Origin: an uncultured Porphyromonas sp.
GTDB taxonomy: Bacteria; Bacteroidota; Bacteroidia; Bacteroidales; Porphyromonadaceae
Assembly (NCBI RefSeq): GCF_915070105.1
Contig: NZ_CAJZFJ010000001.1
Coordinates: forward strand, 11,399 to 75,398
DNA length: 64,000 nucleotides
Direction of reading: 5' to 3'
Numbering within the stretch: position 1 is the first letter of the stretch; the number at the start of each line of letters is the position of its first letter. Of this stretch, positions 28,781 through 39,333 are shown piece after piece. The position numbers and the translations under genes were made by a program. The notes beneath the pieces were generated by a model. It saw only the letters and a list, made by a program, of their open reading frames with translations. It was not told the DNA's origin and did not search any database.

Positions 28781-29770
28781 ATGAAGAAATATGCATGGGC
28801 TCTCGTATGCCTAGTCCTCGCCCTCACGACCTCCTGTGGGGGTGTGGGGAAGGCTCGGAGCAAAGTCAATCAGATCGAACGAGGAATGACCAAGGGGCAG
28901 ATCACAGCTCTGCTGGGTGCACCTAAGAACAAGAGTGTCCAGGATGATGGCACCGAGACCTGGGAGTACGTCTACACAGACATCCTATCTAGGCAGTTAG
29001 ATGTGACGGTGACCTTCGCTCAGGATCGTGTCTCCAAGTATGACAGCCGTCAGAGTGTAGTGGAGCAAGATCGTCATGTGAGCTCGGGTCCCGTAGTACC
29101 CATTCCTAGCCCCGTCCCAACCCCAGTACCAGGAGGCTATCCAGACCCGAGGGTGCTGGAGGAGGAGGCTCGAGCCTTCGAGGACTTCTACGGTGAGGTA
29201 CGTCGTATCCCCTTCGAAGAGGAGCGTATAGGCTTCATCCAGAGTGTGGCTCGGCGCAGCCTCTTCACGGTCGATCAGGCTGGACGGCTTATTACCCTCT
29301 TCCACTGGGACGAACAGCGTCTCGCTCTACTAGAGGCACTTGCTCCACGACTGAGGAATGGCTACAATGCCTTCCGTCTGCTGGAGCTCTTCTCCTATGG
29401 ACCAGCCCAGGATCGGGCTCGCCAGATCCTAGAGCGTGTGCCTCCCGTACCGAGGGAGTATGATCCCCGCTATGGCGGTCAGGTCGAGCCAAGGGAGAGC
29501 TTCGAGGAATTCCTAAGCGTAGTAGAGCGACAGACCTGGGACAAGGACAAGATCCGCTATATCCAAGATGCCGCACGATACAACTCGTTCACTGTCGCTC
29601 AGGTAGCTCGCTTACTCAAGCTCTTTACCTGGGATAAGGAGAAGCTACAGGTACTAGAGGCGGTCGCCCTACGTATACGGGATGGCTATAATGCCTATCG
29701 CCTCATAGACCTCTTCGACTTCGACAACGCCCAGCAGCAGGCTCGCCGTATCCTAGGTCTCACAGAATAA
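28781..29770 (+). CDS. Lipoprotein paralog 2: same architecture with the helical domain duplicated
   Basis: The lipobox is LTTSC. The BamE-like N-domain shows IERGMTKGQITALLGAP...DGTETWEY. Two copies of the F(E/D)DF...LFxWD...LEAxAxR(L/I)R(N/D)GYNA domain are present. Confidence 0.7.
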   Translation: MKKYAWALVCLVLALTTSCGGVGKARSKVNQIERGMTKGQITALLGAPKNKSVQDDGTETWEYVYTDILSRQLDVTVTFAQDRVSKYDSRQSVVEQDRHVSSGPVVPIPSPVPTPVPGGYPDPRVLEEEARAFEDFYGEVRRIPFEEERIGFIQSVARRSLFTVDQAGRLITLFHWDEQRLALLEALAPRLRNGYNAFRLLELFSYGPAQDRARQILERVPPVPREYDPRYGGQVEPRESFEEFLSVVERQTWDKDKIRYIQDAARYNSFTVAQVARLLKLFTWDKEKLQVLEAVALRIRDGYNAYRLIDLFDFDNAQQQARRILGLTE

Positions 29771-29789
29771 GCCCAACAAGATAGACCCT

Positions 29790-30500
29790 ATGAAGAGACA
29801 TGCAATGAAGGTCCTAGCTCTCGTGGTGGGGGTGCTTGCTCTCTCCTCTTCGTGCGCTACGATAGCTCGCCAGCGTACGGCGGTGCATAAGATGGCTCAG
29901 GGGATGACTCGGCAGCAGGTCTTAACACTGCTTGGATCACCAAGAGGGAAAGAGGTGGCAGCGGGAGGAAAGGAGATTTGGTCCTATTACTTCCTTGATA
30001 CCTATCGCAACTCACTGACGATCGAGGCAGCCTTCCTTCAGGATAGCCTGGTTCGTTACAGCTTCGTCGAGGGGAAGGGGGCTGACTACTTCTCTAATCA
30101 GCGTATGCCACGTACCCTCACTGTCCAGCCCGGACAGACTCCTACACCTCGGCCTGTACCACCCGCATCACGGCAGCAGAGGAGGCTTAACGAAGAGGAG
30201 CAGGACTTCAATGACTTCCTTCGTCAGCTACGAGAGGAGGCTTTCCCCGAGGAGCAGCTAGCCCTCCTACGACAGACATCGCTACGCTGCACCTACTCCG
30301 TGAAGCAAGCGATACAGATTCTTGGGGTCTTCGACTTCGAGGAGGAGCAGCTAGATGCCCTGCGGATTATAGCACCACGGCTAAGGAGGGGCTACAACAT
30401 CGGTCGCCTACTTGAGTTCTTTGACGAAGGTATGGAACGAGACGAAGCTCGGAAGATCTTAGAGCGGAGGTCTACTTCCTCCCCCTCTTCAGAGTGGTAG
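29790..30500 (+). CDS. Lipoprotein paralog 3 (more divergent)
   Basis: The lipobox is LSSSC. The N-domain shows MAQGMTRQQVLTLLGSPRGKE...GGKEIWSY. One helical domain copy is present (FNDFLRQLREEAFPEEQ...ILGVFDFEEEQLDALRIIAPRLRRGYN). Confidence 0.65.
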   Translation: MKRHAMKVLALVVGVLALSSSCATIARQRTAVHKMAQGMTRQQVLTLLGSPRGKEVAAGGKEIWSYYFLDTYRNSLTIEAAFLQDSLVRYSFVEGKGADYFSNQRMPRTLTVQPGQTPTPRPVPPASRQQRRLNEEEQDFNDFLRQLREEAFPEEQLALLRQTSLRCTYSVKQAIQILGVFDFEEEQLDALRIIAPRLRRGYNIGRLLEFFDEGMERDEARKILERRSTSSPSSEW

Positions 30501-30521
30501 GTATGATCCCCACAGATATGC

Positions 30522-30557
30522 AGAGCCCCCTATCGACCGAGGTCGATAGGGGGCTCT
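30522..30557. terminator. Bidirectional hairpin between the lipoprotein triad (+) and rnhB (-)
   Basis: AGAGCCCCCTATCGACCgagGTCGATAGGGGGCTCT has a perfect 16-bp stem. Confidence 0.5.
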
Positions 30558-30577
30558 GCTATTTAGGCTGGGGCTGC

Positions 30578-31183
30578 CTAGCGAATGGCGAAGGTCTTCC
30601 GGTGAATGGGGGTGAGGCCAAGCCTACGGATAGCTGCCTTGTGTGCCGGGGTCGGGTACCCCTTGTGCACCTCTAGTCCATAGCCAGGGTATTCGGTAGC
30701 TAGGCGAAGCATTAGGGCATCTCGGTGGGTCTTGGCTAGTACCGAGGCCGCAGCGATACTCATATACTTGCCGTCTCCCCCTACGATACACTCATGGAGA
30801 ATATCTGGATAGGGGGTGAAGCGATTACCATCAATGAGTAGGAGCTGGGGACGGAGGATAAGGTCATCGATCGCTCGGTGCATCGCTAGGAAGGAAGCCC
30901 GTAGGATATTGATCTGGTCGATCTCCTCGGGGGATACACTTCCTACTCCCCATGCTAGAGCCTCCTGCTCGATAATGGGGCGTAGGAGCTCTCGCTGTCG
31001 CTCTGTCAGCTGCTTGGAGTCGTTGAGTAGGGGATGAGAGAAGCCCTCGGGGAGGATTACTGCAGCAGCCACCACGGGCCCTGCCAGACAGCCACGACCA
31101 GCTTCGTCACAGCCACACTCGATGAGTCCTTCGTGGCCGAAGGTAGGGAGTAGGGGCGTGTGTACCTTTGCTTGCCTAGCCAT
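30578..31183 (-). CDS. rnhB: Ribonuclease HII
   Basis: [21 protein letters not shown] is present. The length is 201 aa. Confidence 0.9.
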   Translation of the reverse strand: MARQAKVHTPLLPTFGHEGLIECGCDEAGRGCLAGPVVAAAVILPEGFSHPLLNDSKQLTERQRELLRPIIEQEALAWGVGSVSPEEIDQINILRASFLAMHRAIDDLILRPQLLLIDGNRFTPYPDILHECIVGGDGKYMSIAAASVLAKTHRDALMLRLATEYPGYGLEVHKGYPTPAHKAAIRRLGLTPIHRKTFAIR

Positions 31184-31187
31184 ACAC

Positions 31188-32411
31188 CTAGAGGAGCATC
31201 GGGACGACCCGATGGAGTGCTTCGAAGAAGTAATCTACTTCCTCCCGAGTGTTATACAGCCCAAACGAAGCACGTGCCACAGCCTCGTACCCGTAGCTGT
31301 GCAGGAGGGGCTCGGCGCAGTGATGCCCCGTGCGAATAGCTACTCCCATGTGATCAAGGAGCGTACCTAGATCGAAGGGGTGTATCTTCCCGATCCCAAA
31401 GGATAGTATCCCCCCCTTGTGGGGAGCAGTGCCAAGGATGTAGCTCTCTGGGAACTCACTCAGTAGTCGCTCTGTCGCATAGGCTAGGAGCTCCTCCTCG
31501 TGATGTGCGATGGCCTCTATCCCTAGCCGTTCGACGAAGTCTAGGGCAACGGAGAAGGCAGTAGACCCGACATAGTCAGGTGTGCCTGCCTCGAACTTGA
31601 AGGGGAGTACATTGTATGTCGTCTTCTCGAAGCTTACTTTTTCGATCATCTCTCCCCCTCCCATATATGGGGGCATCTGCTCCAGTACCTCGGGACGACC
31701 CCAGAGGGCACCGATGCCTACAGGCCCATAGATCTTGTGCGCACTGAATGCGTAGAAGTCCGCCCCGATCTCCTCTACATTCACCCGAGTATGTGCCACA
31801 GCCTGTGCCCCATCGATGAGGACAAGTGCGCCCACCTCGTGGGCTAGACGTGTGACCTCCTCTACGGGATTGACCGTGCCGAGGACATTGCTGACATGGG
31901 CGACTGAGACGAGGCGTGTGCGTGGGGAGAGTAGGCTTCGGTAGGCGGACATATCGAGCTCTCCATCGGGAGTCAGCGGGATGACCCTGAGCTTGGCGCC
32001 ACGACGAGCTGCGAGGAGTTGCCAAGGGACGATGTTGGAGTGATGCTCCATCGTGCTGATGAGGATCTCATCACCTTCGTTCAGGAAGAAGGCTTCACCT
32101 GCGGAGTAGGCTACGAGGTTGATGGCCTCGGTCGTGCCTCGTGTGAAGATGAGGCCTTCAGGTGAAGGTGCTCCGATGAAACGAGCGACACGCCGACGAG
32201 CCTCCTCGTGGTGCTCAGTAGCGAGCTGGCTGAGATAGTGTACCCCTCGATGCACATTGGCGTTGGCCGAGTAGTAGGCTTCGTTGATGGCCTCTACTAC
32301 GCATAGGGGCTTTTGGGTTGTAGCTGCATTGTCGAGGTAGATAAGGGGCTTACCGTGTACCTCCTTACTCAGTATGGGGAACTCTTTTCTTATATCTTCT
32401 AAGCTGTACAT
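31188..32411 (-). CDS. sufS: Cysteine desulfurase, SufS-type (class V aminotransferase)
   Basis: The PLP-Lys motif FSAHKIYGP is present. The active-site Cys loop is [10 protein letters not shown]. The length is 407 aa. Confidence 0.85.
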   Translation of the reverse strand: MYSLEDIRKEFPILSKEVHGKPLIYLDNAATTQKPLCVVEAINEAYYSANANVHRGVHYLSQLATEHHEEARRRVARFIGAPSPEGLIFTRGTTEAINLVAYSAGEAFFLNEGDEILISTMEHHSNIVPWQLLAARRGAKLRVIPLTPDGELDMSAYRSLLSPRTRLVSVAHVSNVLGTVNPVEEVTRLAHEVGALVLIDGAQAVAHTRVNVEEIGADFYAFSAHKIYGPVGIGALWGRPEVLEQMPPYMGGGEMIEKVSFEKTTYNVLPFKFEAGTPDYVGSTAFSVALDFVERLGIEAIAHHEEELLAYATERLLSEFPESYILGTAPHKGGILSFGIGKIHPFDLGTLLDHMGVAIRTGHHCAEPLLHSYGYEAVARASFGLYNTREEVDYFFEALHRVVPMLL

Positions 32412-32645
32412 AGCTTGATTTATCCTAGTCTGTTATACCATTAAAAGCACGACAAAAGTACGGAAAACAAGACTTCTCCTCCCCCAGCGTCCGTCTTTGG
32501 CTGTGGATGGGTATATATCTAGGGAGAAGTAAGAGCGTGTAGGGGAGGTGTGTAGGGGTGGTAATAGAGGTCTCGGGAGAGAGGCGCAATAGCTTATCCC
32601 GACAGATTAGGAAAGGCTATCCTTTATTCAGTAAGAGCCTATCCC

Positions 32646-33119
32646 TTAGGCTAGAGGGTCTTCATCCGTGGAGGGAGAGTAGTCGCTATAGTCGAGTTTA
32701 GGGGAGTCTGCCGTCGTCTCCTGATCGGGGGGGGAAGGTGTAGAGGGCGAGACTTTGGTCTGCTGAGCTGGGATAGCTTCCTCCCGCAGCTGTACATGCT
32801 GACAGACGATCTCGGTGATGTGGGAGAGATTACCAGCACGATCACTCTCTGTCGCATACTCGATTCGCCCAGCGACAGAGATAGTATCCCCCTCATGCAC
32901 GTGGGTCTCTACGTACTTCCCTGCCTCGCCACGCAGCACTATCCGGTGCCAGTACCTCTGCTCATAGGTCTTGCCTACGAGACGCTGGGATAGCTGCTCG
33001 CTGGTCATGAGCCTTAGACGTACCTCGGGGTAATCAGGGGCAAGGTAACGGACGATAGGTTCGTCCGTTACCACCCCCGTTAGGATGACTTGGTTAATCG
33101 GAATGTTGGAGGTACTCAC
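32646..33119 (-). CDS. Single-stranded DNA-binding protein-like (OB fold)
   Basis: NQVILTGVVTDEPIVRY...YWHRIVLRG resembles the SSB OB-fold core. The tail is Pro/Ser/acidic and ends DEDPLA rather than the usual D-D-(I/L)-P-F. Confidence 0.6.
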   Translation of the reverse strand: MSTSNIPINQVILTGVVTDEPIVRYLAPDYPEVRLRLMTSEQLSQRLVGKTYEQRYWHRIVLRGEAGKYVETHVHEGDTISVAGRIEYATESDRAGNLSHITEIVCQHVQLREEAIPAQQTKVSPSTPSPPDQETTADSPKLDYSDYSPSTDEDPLA

Positions 33120-33130
33120 AAGGAGATAGG

Positions 33131-33856
33131 CTAGCGGCCCAGTACTTTATTCTTGGCAATGACCGCAACGTACTCCTTGAGGTAGTTGGGCGTCCAGTAG
33201 GCTGTATCCACGAAGTCCTTAGCCTCATAGTGAGCAGTGGCAAGTGGGATCATTACCGAGGCTTCGGGTGCAAAGCCTTCGTCCCAGACCTCGTAGTCCC
33301 GCTCGGGCCATAGGCCTCGTGCTTTGGTCGCTCCATTACCGACGAGGATGTACTTGCCTTGTTTTAGCGGGGATGCTTGCTCGTCTAGTACCAGAGGAGC
33401 ATCCTCGGTGAGACGTCTGCCCTCTGCTGTGAACTGTGCGGTATAGACCTCCATACGTCGAGCATCGAGCATGGGGACAATCGTCACAGGGCTTCCCTCT
33501 GGAAGCTGGACAATAGCCCCTCGAGCTAAGAGCTCAAGGGTATCGACTGCTATAAGAGGGAGCCGTAGCCCGAGACAGAGTCCCTTAGCTAGGGAGGTCG
33601 CTATACGTAGCCCTGTGTAGCTGCCTGGGCCAGCACTGACGGCGATGGCACTGAGAGAGAGGTCTCTAGCCTTCATCTCCTGAAGTACCTCTTCTACCAT
33701 TGGTGCGAGAGCTGAGGCGTGTCCGCCCTCGGGAGCCTCGATAGCACGCTGGGCAATGACCTCTGTCCCCCAGCCTATGGCGACACTACAGCGAGTAGTA
33801 GAGGTCTCTATGCAAAGTATCATATCCGTATGAATGTATGTGGTGAGGTCTGACAC
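33131..33856 (-). CDS. tsaB: tRNA t6A biosynthesis protein TsaB (YeaZ)
   Basis: ILCIETSTTRCSVAI matches the inactive Kae1/TsaD-paralog fold. The length is about 230 aa. The true start is possibly the internal MILC. Confidence 0.8.
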   Translation of the reverse strand: MSDLTTYIHTDMILCIETSTTRCSVAIGWGTEVIAQRAIEAPEGGHASALAPMVEEVLQEMKARDLSLSAIAVSAGPGSYTGLRIATSLAKGLCLGLRLPLIAVDTLELLARGAIVQLPEGSPVTIVPMLDARRMEVYTAQFTAEGRRLTEDAPLVLDEQASPLKQGKYILVGNGATKARGLWPERDYEVWDEGFAPEASVMIPLATAHYEAKDFVDTAYWTPNYLKEYVAVIAKNKVLGR

Positions 33857-33859
33857 GTC

Positions 33860-34612
33860 TTACTCTAGGATGAGCTCTACAGGGCAATGGTCAGAGCCAT
33901 AGATCTCAGTATGTATGCTAGCTGAGCGGAGACGAGGAGCCAGTCGCTCGGAGGCTACAAAGTAGTCAATGCGCCAGCCTGAGTTACGTTCGCGAGCCTT
34001 GAATCGGTACGACCACCAGGAGTAGATGTCTACCTGATCAGGATGAAAGAAGCGGAAGGTGTCGATGAAGCCTGAGCCAAGAAGCTCGGTAAACTTCCCT
34101 CGTTCCTCGTCGGTGAAGCCTGCATTGCGTCGATTGCTCTTGGGGTTCTTTAGGTCAATCTCCTTGTGCGCCACATTGAGGTCTCCGCAGATGATCACAG
34201 GCTTCTTTTGGTCAAGCTCCATCAGATAGGCTCGGAAGTCATCCTCCCACGTCATACGATAGCCGAGACGGCGAAGGTCATCCTGAGAGTTAGGCACATA
34301 CACGGTGACGAGGTAGTAGTCTGGGTATTCGAGTGTGATTACTCTACCCTCCGTGTCGTGGTGCTCGATGCCTATGCCGTAGGAGACACTCAGAGGCTCA
34401 TGTCGGGTATAGATAGCCGTACCAGAATAGCCCTTCTTCTCGGCATAGTTCCAGTAGCTCATATAGCTGGGTAGATCAGCATCTAGCTGTCCAGCCTGCA
34501 TCTTTGTCTCTTGTAGGCAGACGAAGTCAGCATCTAAGTCCTTGATGATATCTGGGAAGCCCTTGCCGAAGACAGCACGTAGGCCATTCACATTCCACGA
34601 AATAAACTTCAT
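33860..34612 (-). CDS. xth: Exodeoxyribonuclease III
   Basis: [25 protein letters not shown] and [10 protein letters not shown] are all present. Confidence 0.9.
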   Translation of the reverse strand: MKFISWNVNGLRAVFGKGFPDIIKDLDADFVCLQETKMQAGQLDADLPSYMSYWNYAEKKGYSGTAIYTRHEPLSVSYGIGIEHHDTEGRVITLEYPDYYLVTVYVPNSQDDLRRLGYRMTWEDDFRAYLMELDQKKPVIICGDLNVAHKEIDLKNPKSNRRNAGFTDEERGKFTELLGSGFIDTFRFFHPDQVDIYSWWSYRFKARERNSGWRIDYFVASERLAPRLRSASIHTEIYGSDHCPVELILE

Positions 34613-34671
34613 TGATTGTCTTGAATTGTTTGTCCTCGGCTTAGATCATTTGTTCGCCCGAGGCTATTATG

Positions 34672-35358
34672 CTATTCTTTGTACTGTGTTGGGTCTATAA
34701 TCCCTGCTTCCTGCATAGCTTCTCTGCGCTCGATGCAGGTGCCACAGGTGCCACACTGGATCGTATCCCCTTCGTAGCAGCTCCAGGTCTCTGCGTAGTC
34801 GATACCGAGCTTCTTGCCATGAGCGGCTATCTCACCCTTTGTTAGATCAGTGTAGGGTGCAGAGATAGAGACATGATTTCCCGTGCCTTCATGAATAGCT
34901 TCATGCATAGGACGGATGAAGGAGCTACGGCAGTCGGGGTAGATGGCATGATCGCCGAAGTGGTTAGCGATATATACTCGGTCAAGTCCTCTGGATTCGG
35001 CCAGCCCAGCAGCGATGGAGAGCATGATGCCATTGCGGAAGGGAACGACTGTCGAGGCCATATTATCCTCATCGTACCTTCCCTTAGGGATGGCTCCTCC
35101 ACTAGAGAGGAGAGCACTATGGAAGTATTGACCGATGAAGCCAAGTGGGATCACGAGATATTCTATGCCGAGTCGCTCACAGTGTAGGCGAGCGAAGGGG
35201 AGCTCCCGTGCATTATGCTTAGAGCCGTAGTCGAAGGAGACTGCCAGCGCAATATCCTTTTGATATTCGTAGAGAAGGGTCACACTATCCATCCCACCAG
35301 AGAGGACGATGAGCCCATGCTTGTTATTCATTCTTCGAGTGATTGGGGGCTTAGACAA
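34672..35358 (-). CDS. queC: 7-cyano-7-deazaguanine synthase
   Basis: The PP-loop is VLSGGMDSVTLL. The C-terminal Zn motif is CGTCGTCIER. Confidence 0.9.
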   Translation of the reverse strand: MSKPPITRRMNNKHGLIVLSGGMDSVTLLYEYQKDIALAVSFDYGSKHNARELPFARLHCERLGIEYLVIPLGFIGQYFHSALLSSGGAIPKGRYDEDNMASTVVPFRNGIMLSIAAGLAESRGLDRVYIANHFGDHAIYPDCRSSFIRPMHEAIHEGTGNHVSISAPYTDLTKGEIAAHGKKLGIDYAETWSCYEGDTIQCGTCGTCIERREAMQEAGIIDPTQYKE

Positions 35359-37036
35359 AGAAGCTAAGGAGAATCTGAGCAGAGATGATGCGTACGAACA
35401 TCGCTACTGGATAGACGATGGCGTATGCTACAGAGCTGGAGCGAGACTCATTGATACTCATTGCATACTCTAGCGCCATAGAGTTCGCCATAGCTCCACA
35501 TAGTACTCCTACGGTCTCTGCGTGTGTCTTGCGATAGCCAAAGAGGGAGAGGAGACCGACGAGTATTGTAGGTAGGACTGTGATCAAGAAGCCAAGCCCT
35601 ATCCACAGGAATCCATCACCATGTATAATCGTATCAAAGAAATGCTCTCCACTAGCTAGTCCCAGCCCCGCTAGGTAGATGATGATACCAAACTGCTTGA
35701 GGAGCTGAGTGGCACTATTACTCATGTAGGTCGCTAGACGTAAGCGAGGGCCAAAGGCTCCCATCAGGATTCCTACAATGATAGGCCCACCAGCTAACCC
35801 CAGCTTGATGGGCATACTTAGCCCTGGGATGGCAATGGGGATAGAGCCGATGATACACCCTAGGGTAAGCCCAGCAAAGAAGCTCACGAGCTTGGGCTTG
35901 TCGAGGGTATTGATGGAGTCTCCGAGGTAGGAGGCTACTTTGGTTAGCTGCTGTAGCTCCCCGACGACAGTCAGGCGGTCACCTAGCTGTAGACGTAGGT
36001 CGGGTGTAGCTAGGATCTCGATACCTGCTCGGTCGATACGTGTGATGTTGATTCCATACTCATTGCGTAGGCGAAGAGCTCCGAGCTTGACTCCATTGAC
36101 CTTGGAGTTGGTGATAATGATACGCTTGGATACGAGTTGGGCATCGATGGCATCCCAGTCGATGTCAGGCTTATTCCAGTCTCTGGACTCAGCTCGATGT
36201 CCGAAGAAGACCTCTAGGACACGTAGATCATCCTTGTGGATCAAGACCAGTAGGTGGTCTCCCTGCTCAAGGATGGTCTGAGAGGAGGGTATGATTAGGT
36301 TGTTCCCCCGCCAAATACGGGAGATGATGAACTTCTTCTCTATCAGTCCTACTGCCTCTAGGACACTTCGGCCGAAGAGGGCTGGGTTCGTCAGTTCTAG
36401 CTCTGTGATGTAGGTGGTCTTCGACTCTGACTGCTGTGTATCCTTTCCTCGGTTAGGATCTATGTAATGTAGGAAGATGAGTGCAAGGATTACCCCAACG
36501 ACACCAAGGGGGTAAGTTAGGGCACAGGCTAGAGCAAGGTCTGCTACCTGTCGGGCCCCACCTGAGCCCAAGATATCTTGTAGGGTACTCTGTACAGCGG
36601 CTAGCATTGGGGTGTTGGTCACTGCTCCTGACATAATCCCGAGCATGTTCGGCATGGAGACATTGCAGACATAATGCAGGATGATGACGAGCATCAGTGC
36701 TAGTGCAATCAAGAGTAGTCCCAGCCCATTGTAGAGTAAGCCCTGCCTCTTCAGTGAGGGGAAGAACGAGGGGCCGACCTCCACTCCTAGGGCATAGACG
36801 AAGAGCGTCAAGCCAAGTGTCTGTGCAAAGCTATTCATCCCTGCGTTCACCTTCACACCGAAGTGTGCCCCTAGGATCCCCACAAAGAATACGAATGTGA
36901 TCCCAAGGGAGAACTTCCCGACTCGTAGCTTGCCAAGTATCAAGCCAATAGCCGAGACCAATGTGAGCATCACGAGGGTCTGTAGGACGGAGGGAGTGAC
37001 GAAGACATCACGTAGCCAAGCATTGATTGTATCCAT
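35351..37036 (-). CDS. YidE/YbjL/AspT (AAE)-family putative transporter with central RCK_C domains
   Basis: The 561-aa protein has two hydrophobic halves separated by soluble RCK_C-like segments (for example IPSSQTILEQGDHLLVL). Confidence 0.8.
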   Translation of the reverse strand: MDTINAWLRDVFVTPSVLQTLVMLTLVSAIGLILGKLRVGKFSLGITFVFFVGILGAHFGVKVNAGMNSFAQTLGLTLFVYALGVEVGPSFFPSLKRQGLLYNGLGLLLIALALMLVIILHYVCNVSMPNMLGIMSGAVTNTPMLAAVQSTLQDILGSGGARQVADLALACALTYPLGVVGVILALIFLHYIDPNRGKDTQQSESKTTYITELELTNPALFGRSVLEAVGLIEKKFIISRIWRGNNLIIPSSQTILEQGDHLLVLIHKDDLRVLEVFFGHRAESRDWNKPDIDWDAIDAQLVSKRIIITNSKVNGVKLGALRLRNEYGINITRIDRAGIEILATPDLRLQLGDRLTVVGELQQLTKVASYLGDSINTLDKPKLVSFFAGLTLGCIIGSIPIAIPGLSMPIKLGLAGGPIIVGILMGAFGPRLRLATYMSNSATQLLKQFGIIIYLAGLGLASGEHFFDTIIHGDGFLWIGLGFLITVLPTILVGLLSLFGYRKTHAETVGVLCGAMANSMALEYAMSINESRSSSVAYAIVYPVAMFVRIISAQILLSFFV

Positions 37037-37316
37037 TCTGTCTACTATCTACACGAGCTAGACCCGCAAGTAAGGTCTCAGCATCGACAAAATTACCACT
37101 TTTTGGCTAAGGCTGGTTACTTATCGCCTTGTTCTACAGCGTGACTATTGATATACGCTGTGCCAGGATCTATCTGTACTTGATAGCCACTTATACAACT
37201 GTATAGATCCCCTAGGCTACTTGATACCATTTGTTGGCAGGAAGTCACTCGCTAGCCTATTGTATCATAGAGATAGCCCTTAGCATCTTGCACTGGGGGA
37301 GATGAAGGGGAGGTAG

Positions 37317-38573
37317 CTATTCGGGGAGGATCATCTTCACAAGCACAATCTTCGTAGAGGTGCAACGAAGGATCTCGAAGCGAATGCCGTTGATCTCTAG
37401 GATCTCGCCCTGCGAAGGTATGCTTGAGTGGTGATGTAGGATGAAGCCTGCTATCGTCATGAAGTCTTCATCCTCGGGTAGCGAGAGTTCAAACTGCTCG
37501 TTGATGTCGTCTATCTCCATACGCCCACTGAAGATATAGGTGCGGTCGTCCACTCGCTTAGCGATACGCTTCTTGTGGTCGTGCTCATCCTCAATATCTC
37601 CGAAGATCTCCTCTACGACATCCTCTAAGGTGACCATGCCTGCTGTCCCGCCGAGCTCGTCGATGACGATGGCGATGCTCTTCTTGCGTTGCATGAGGAG
37701 CTTCATCAGCGTGCTGGCCTGCATACTCTCAGGGACAAAGATGCTGGGGACAATGCGCTCCCTCCAGTCCCCACTACGGAACATCTCGCTGGAGTGTATA
37801 TAGCCGATGATATCGTCAATATTCTCTCGATAAACAATGATCTTCGAGAGTCCAGTGCGGACAAAGAGCTCCTCTAGGTGAGCCTCCGTCACGCCGTACT
37901 CTACCCCAACGATCTCATTGCGGGGAAGTAAGCAGTCTCGTACCTGAAGGCCAGAGAAGGAGATGGCATTCTGAATGATCTTGACCTCGGTCTCTATGCC
38001 AGAGGCCTGCCCATCATCGGAGCTGTGGGTGAGGTAGTACTCGAGGTCGAGGGCGGACAAGGCTGGGCGGATAGCGACACTGCTCGTCTTTTGACCTGCT
38101 AGTAGGAGTACTCCACGGGTGATGAGCCCGATGATCAGTACAAAGGGGTAGAGTAAGATATAGATAAGGAATACCAGCCCCGAGAAGAATCGCATCGTCC
38201 GGTTGGGGTTGGCTCGGAAGGTAACCTTTGGGAGGAACTCTCCTACGAAGAGGATGAGTAGTGTACTTAGTATGGACTGTGCTAGGAGGATGATCCCATC
38301 ATTGTCTCCCAGGATAGATATAAGCCAAGGCTCCATGAGCTCTGCCATCAGGAGTCCATAGATGACTAGGGCTACATTGTTCCCTAGGAGCATCGTCGTG
38401 ATGAAGCGGTCAGGGCGACTATATATGAGCCCTAGGATCTTGGCGGAGAGTCCACCCTTGTTCCTATCCAGCTCCAGACGTAGCTTGTCCGAGGAGAGGA
38501 AGGCGATCTCCATCCCCGAGAAGAGGGCGGAGGCAACGAGGGTAAGTAGGATATATAGATACAGCATTGCCAA
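37317..38573 (-). CDS. CNNM/CorC-HlyC hemolysin-family protein (DUF21 + CBS pair + CorC_HlyC), GldE-like
   Basis: The 418-aa protein has an N-terminal four-TM DUF21-like region. A CBS region and a C-terminal transporter-associated domain follow. Confidence 0.8.
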   Translation of the reverse strand: MAMLYLYILLTLVASALFSGMEIAFLSSDKLRLELDRNKGGLSAKILGLIYSRPDRFITTMLLGNNVALVIYGLLMAELMEPWLISILGDNDGIILLAQSILSTLLILFVGEFLPKVTFRANPNRTMRFFSGLVFLIYILLYPFVLIIGLITRGVLLLAGQKTSSVAIRPALSALDLEYYLTHSSDDGQASGIETEVKIIQNAISFSGLQVRDCLLPRNEIVGVEYGVTEAHLEELFVRTGLSKIIVYRENIDDIIGYIHSSEMFRSGDWRERIVPSIFVPESMQASTLMKLLMQRKKSIAIVIDELGGTAGMVTLEDVVEEIFGDIEDEHDHKKRIAKRVDDRTYIFSGRMEIDDINEQFELSLPEDEDFMTIAGFILHHHSSIPSQGEILEINGIRFEILRCTSTKIVLVKMILPE

Positions 38574-38579
38574 GAGTGA

Positions 38580-39317
38580 CTACTTAGATGGAACCTTCTT
38601 CGGAAGGCTGTCAGGCTTCGGAGTGGGGACAGTGGTGGGAGTCGGAGTAGGACTTGGTGTAGTGGTTGTAGCCTCTTCATCGTACTCGATGACTCCCTTA
38701 TTATTGAGGATTTGATACCAGCTGAGGTCATCTGTGGCCTCGAAGCTGGAGCCACGTAGTTCTCTCCCCTCTGTGAAGAAATAGGTCGTGTCGTGCGAGA
38801 ATAGACGCCGCTGATCTCGCTGCCAGAAGAGGCGATGAGTGTGTAGGCGCTGTCCTTGGGGGCCTTGTACCTGGACATTGCCGATCAGTTCCCATTCCTC
38901 GTTAGCGGTGCTTCGTATAGCCGAGTCGGCCTTGATGAAGACCTTGCTACCGCTGATCGTGTCATAGGGGCGCAGGAGTAGTCCCTTAGGGAATACCCAC
39001 TCATTACGCTCGGGACGCTCATAGATCAGTAGGACGGGAGCAGTCATACGATAGCGTATCAGCCCCGAGTCAGAGATGAGCGTATTGAGCTTGATCATAC
39101 GGGCTGTGTAGAGAGAGTCTATATTGACGTTGAGACTCTTCGTCTCCACACGTTCCTTGGAGCAGGCTGCCATGAAGAGGATAGCCAGCAGGGTGAGTGC
39201 TGTCTGAGCTAATGGAGCCAGAGGGGAACGAAAGAGACCCCCTACCAAGGGCAGAATGTCCTTGGTAGGGAGTCCTAATAGCTTCCCTTTCGCTCTCGGC
39301 GAAGGAAGGTCAAGCAT
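38580..39317 (-). CDS. Membrane-anchored periplasmic protein, possibly LptC-like
   Basis: There is an N-terminal TM or lipobox (LLAILFMAACSK). The body looks beta-rich, with a Thr/Pro-rich tail. The position upstream of the CorC-family gene is conserved in Bacteroidales as I recall. The assignment is tentative. Confidence 0.3.
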   Translation of the reverse strand: MLDLPSPRAKGKLLGLPTKDILPLVGGLFRSPLAPLAQTALTLLAILFMAACSKERVETKSLNVNIDSLYTARMIKLNTLISDSGLIRYRMTAPVLLIYERPERNEWVFPKGLLLRPYDTISGSKVFIKADSAIRSTANEEWELIGNVQVQGPQGQRLHTHRLFWQRDQRRLFSHDTTYFFTEGRELRGSSFEATDDLSWYQILNNKGVIEYDEEATTTTPSPTPTPTTVPTPKPDSLPKKVPSK

Positions 39318-39333
39318 AGTCTAAGCTATGAGA

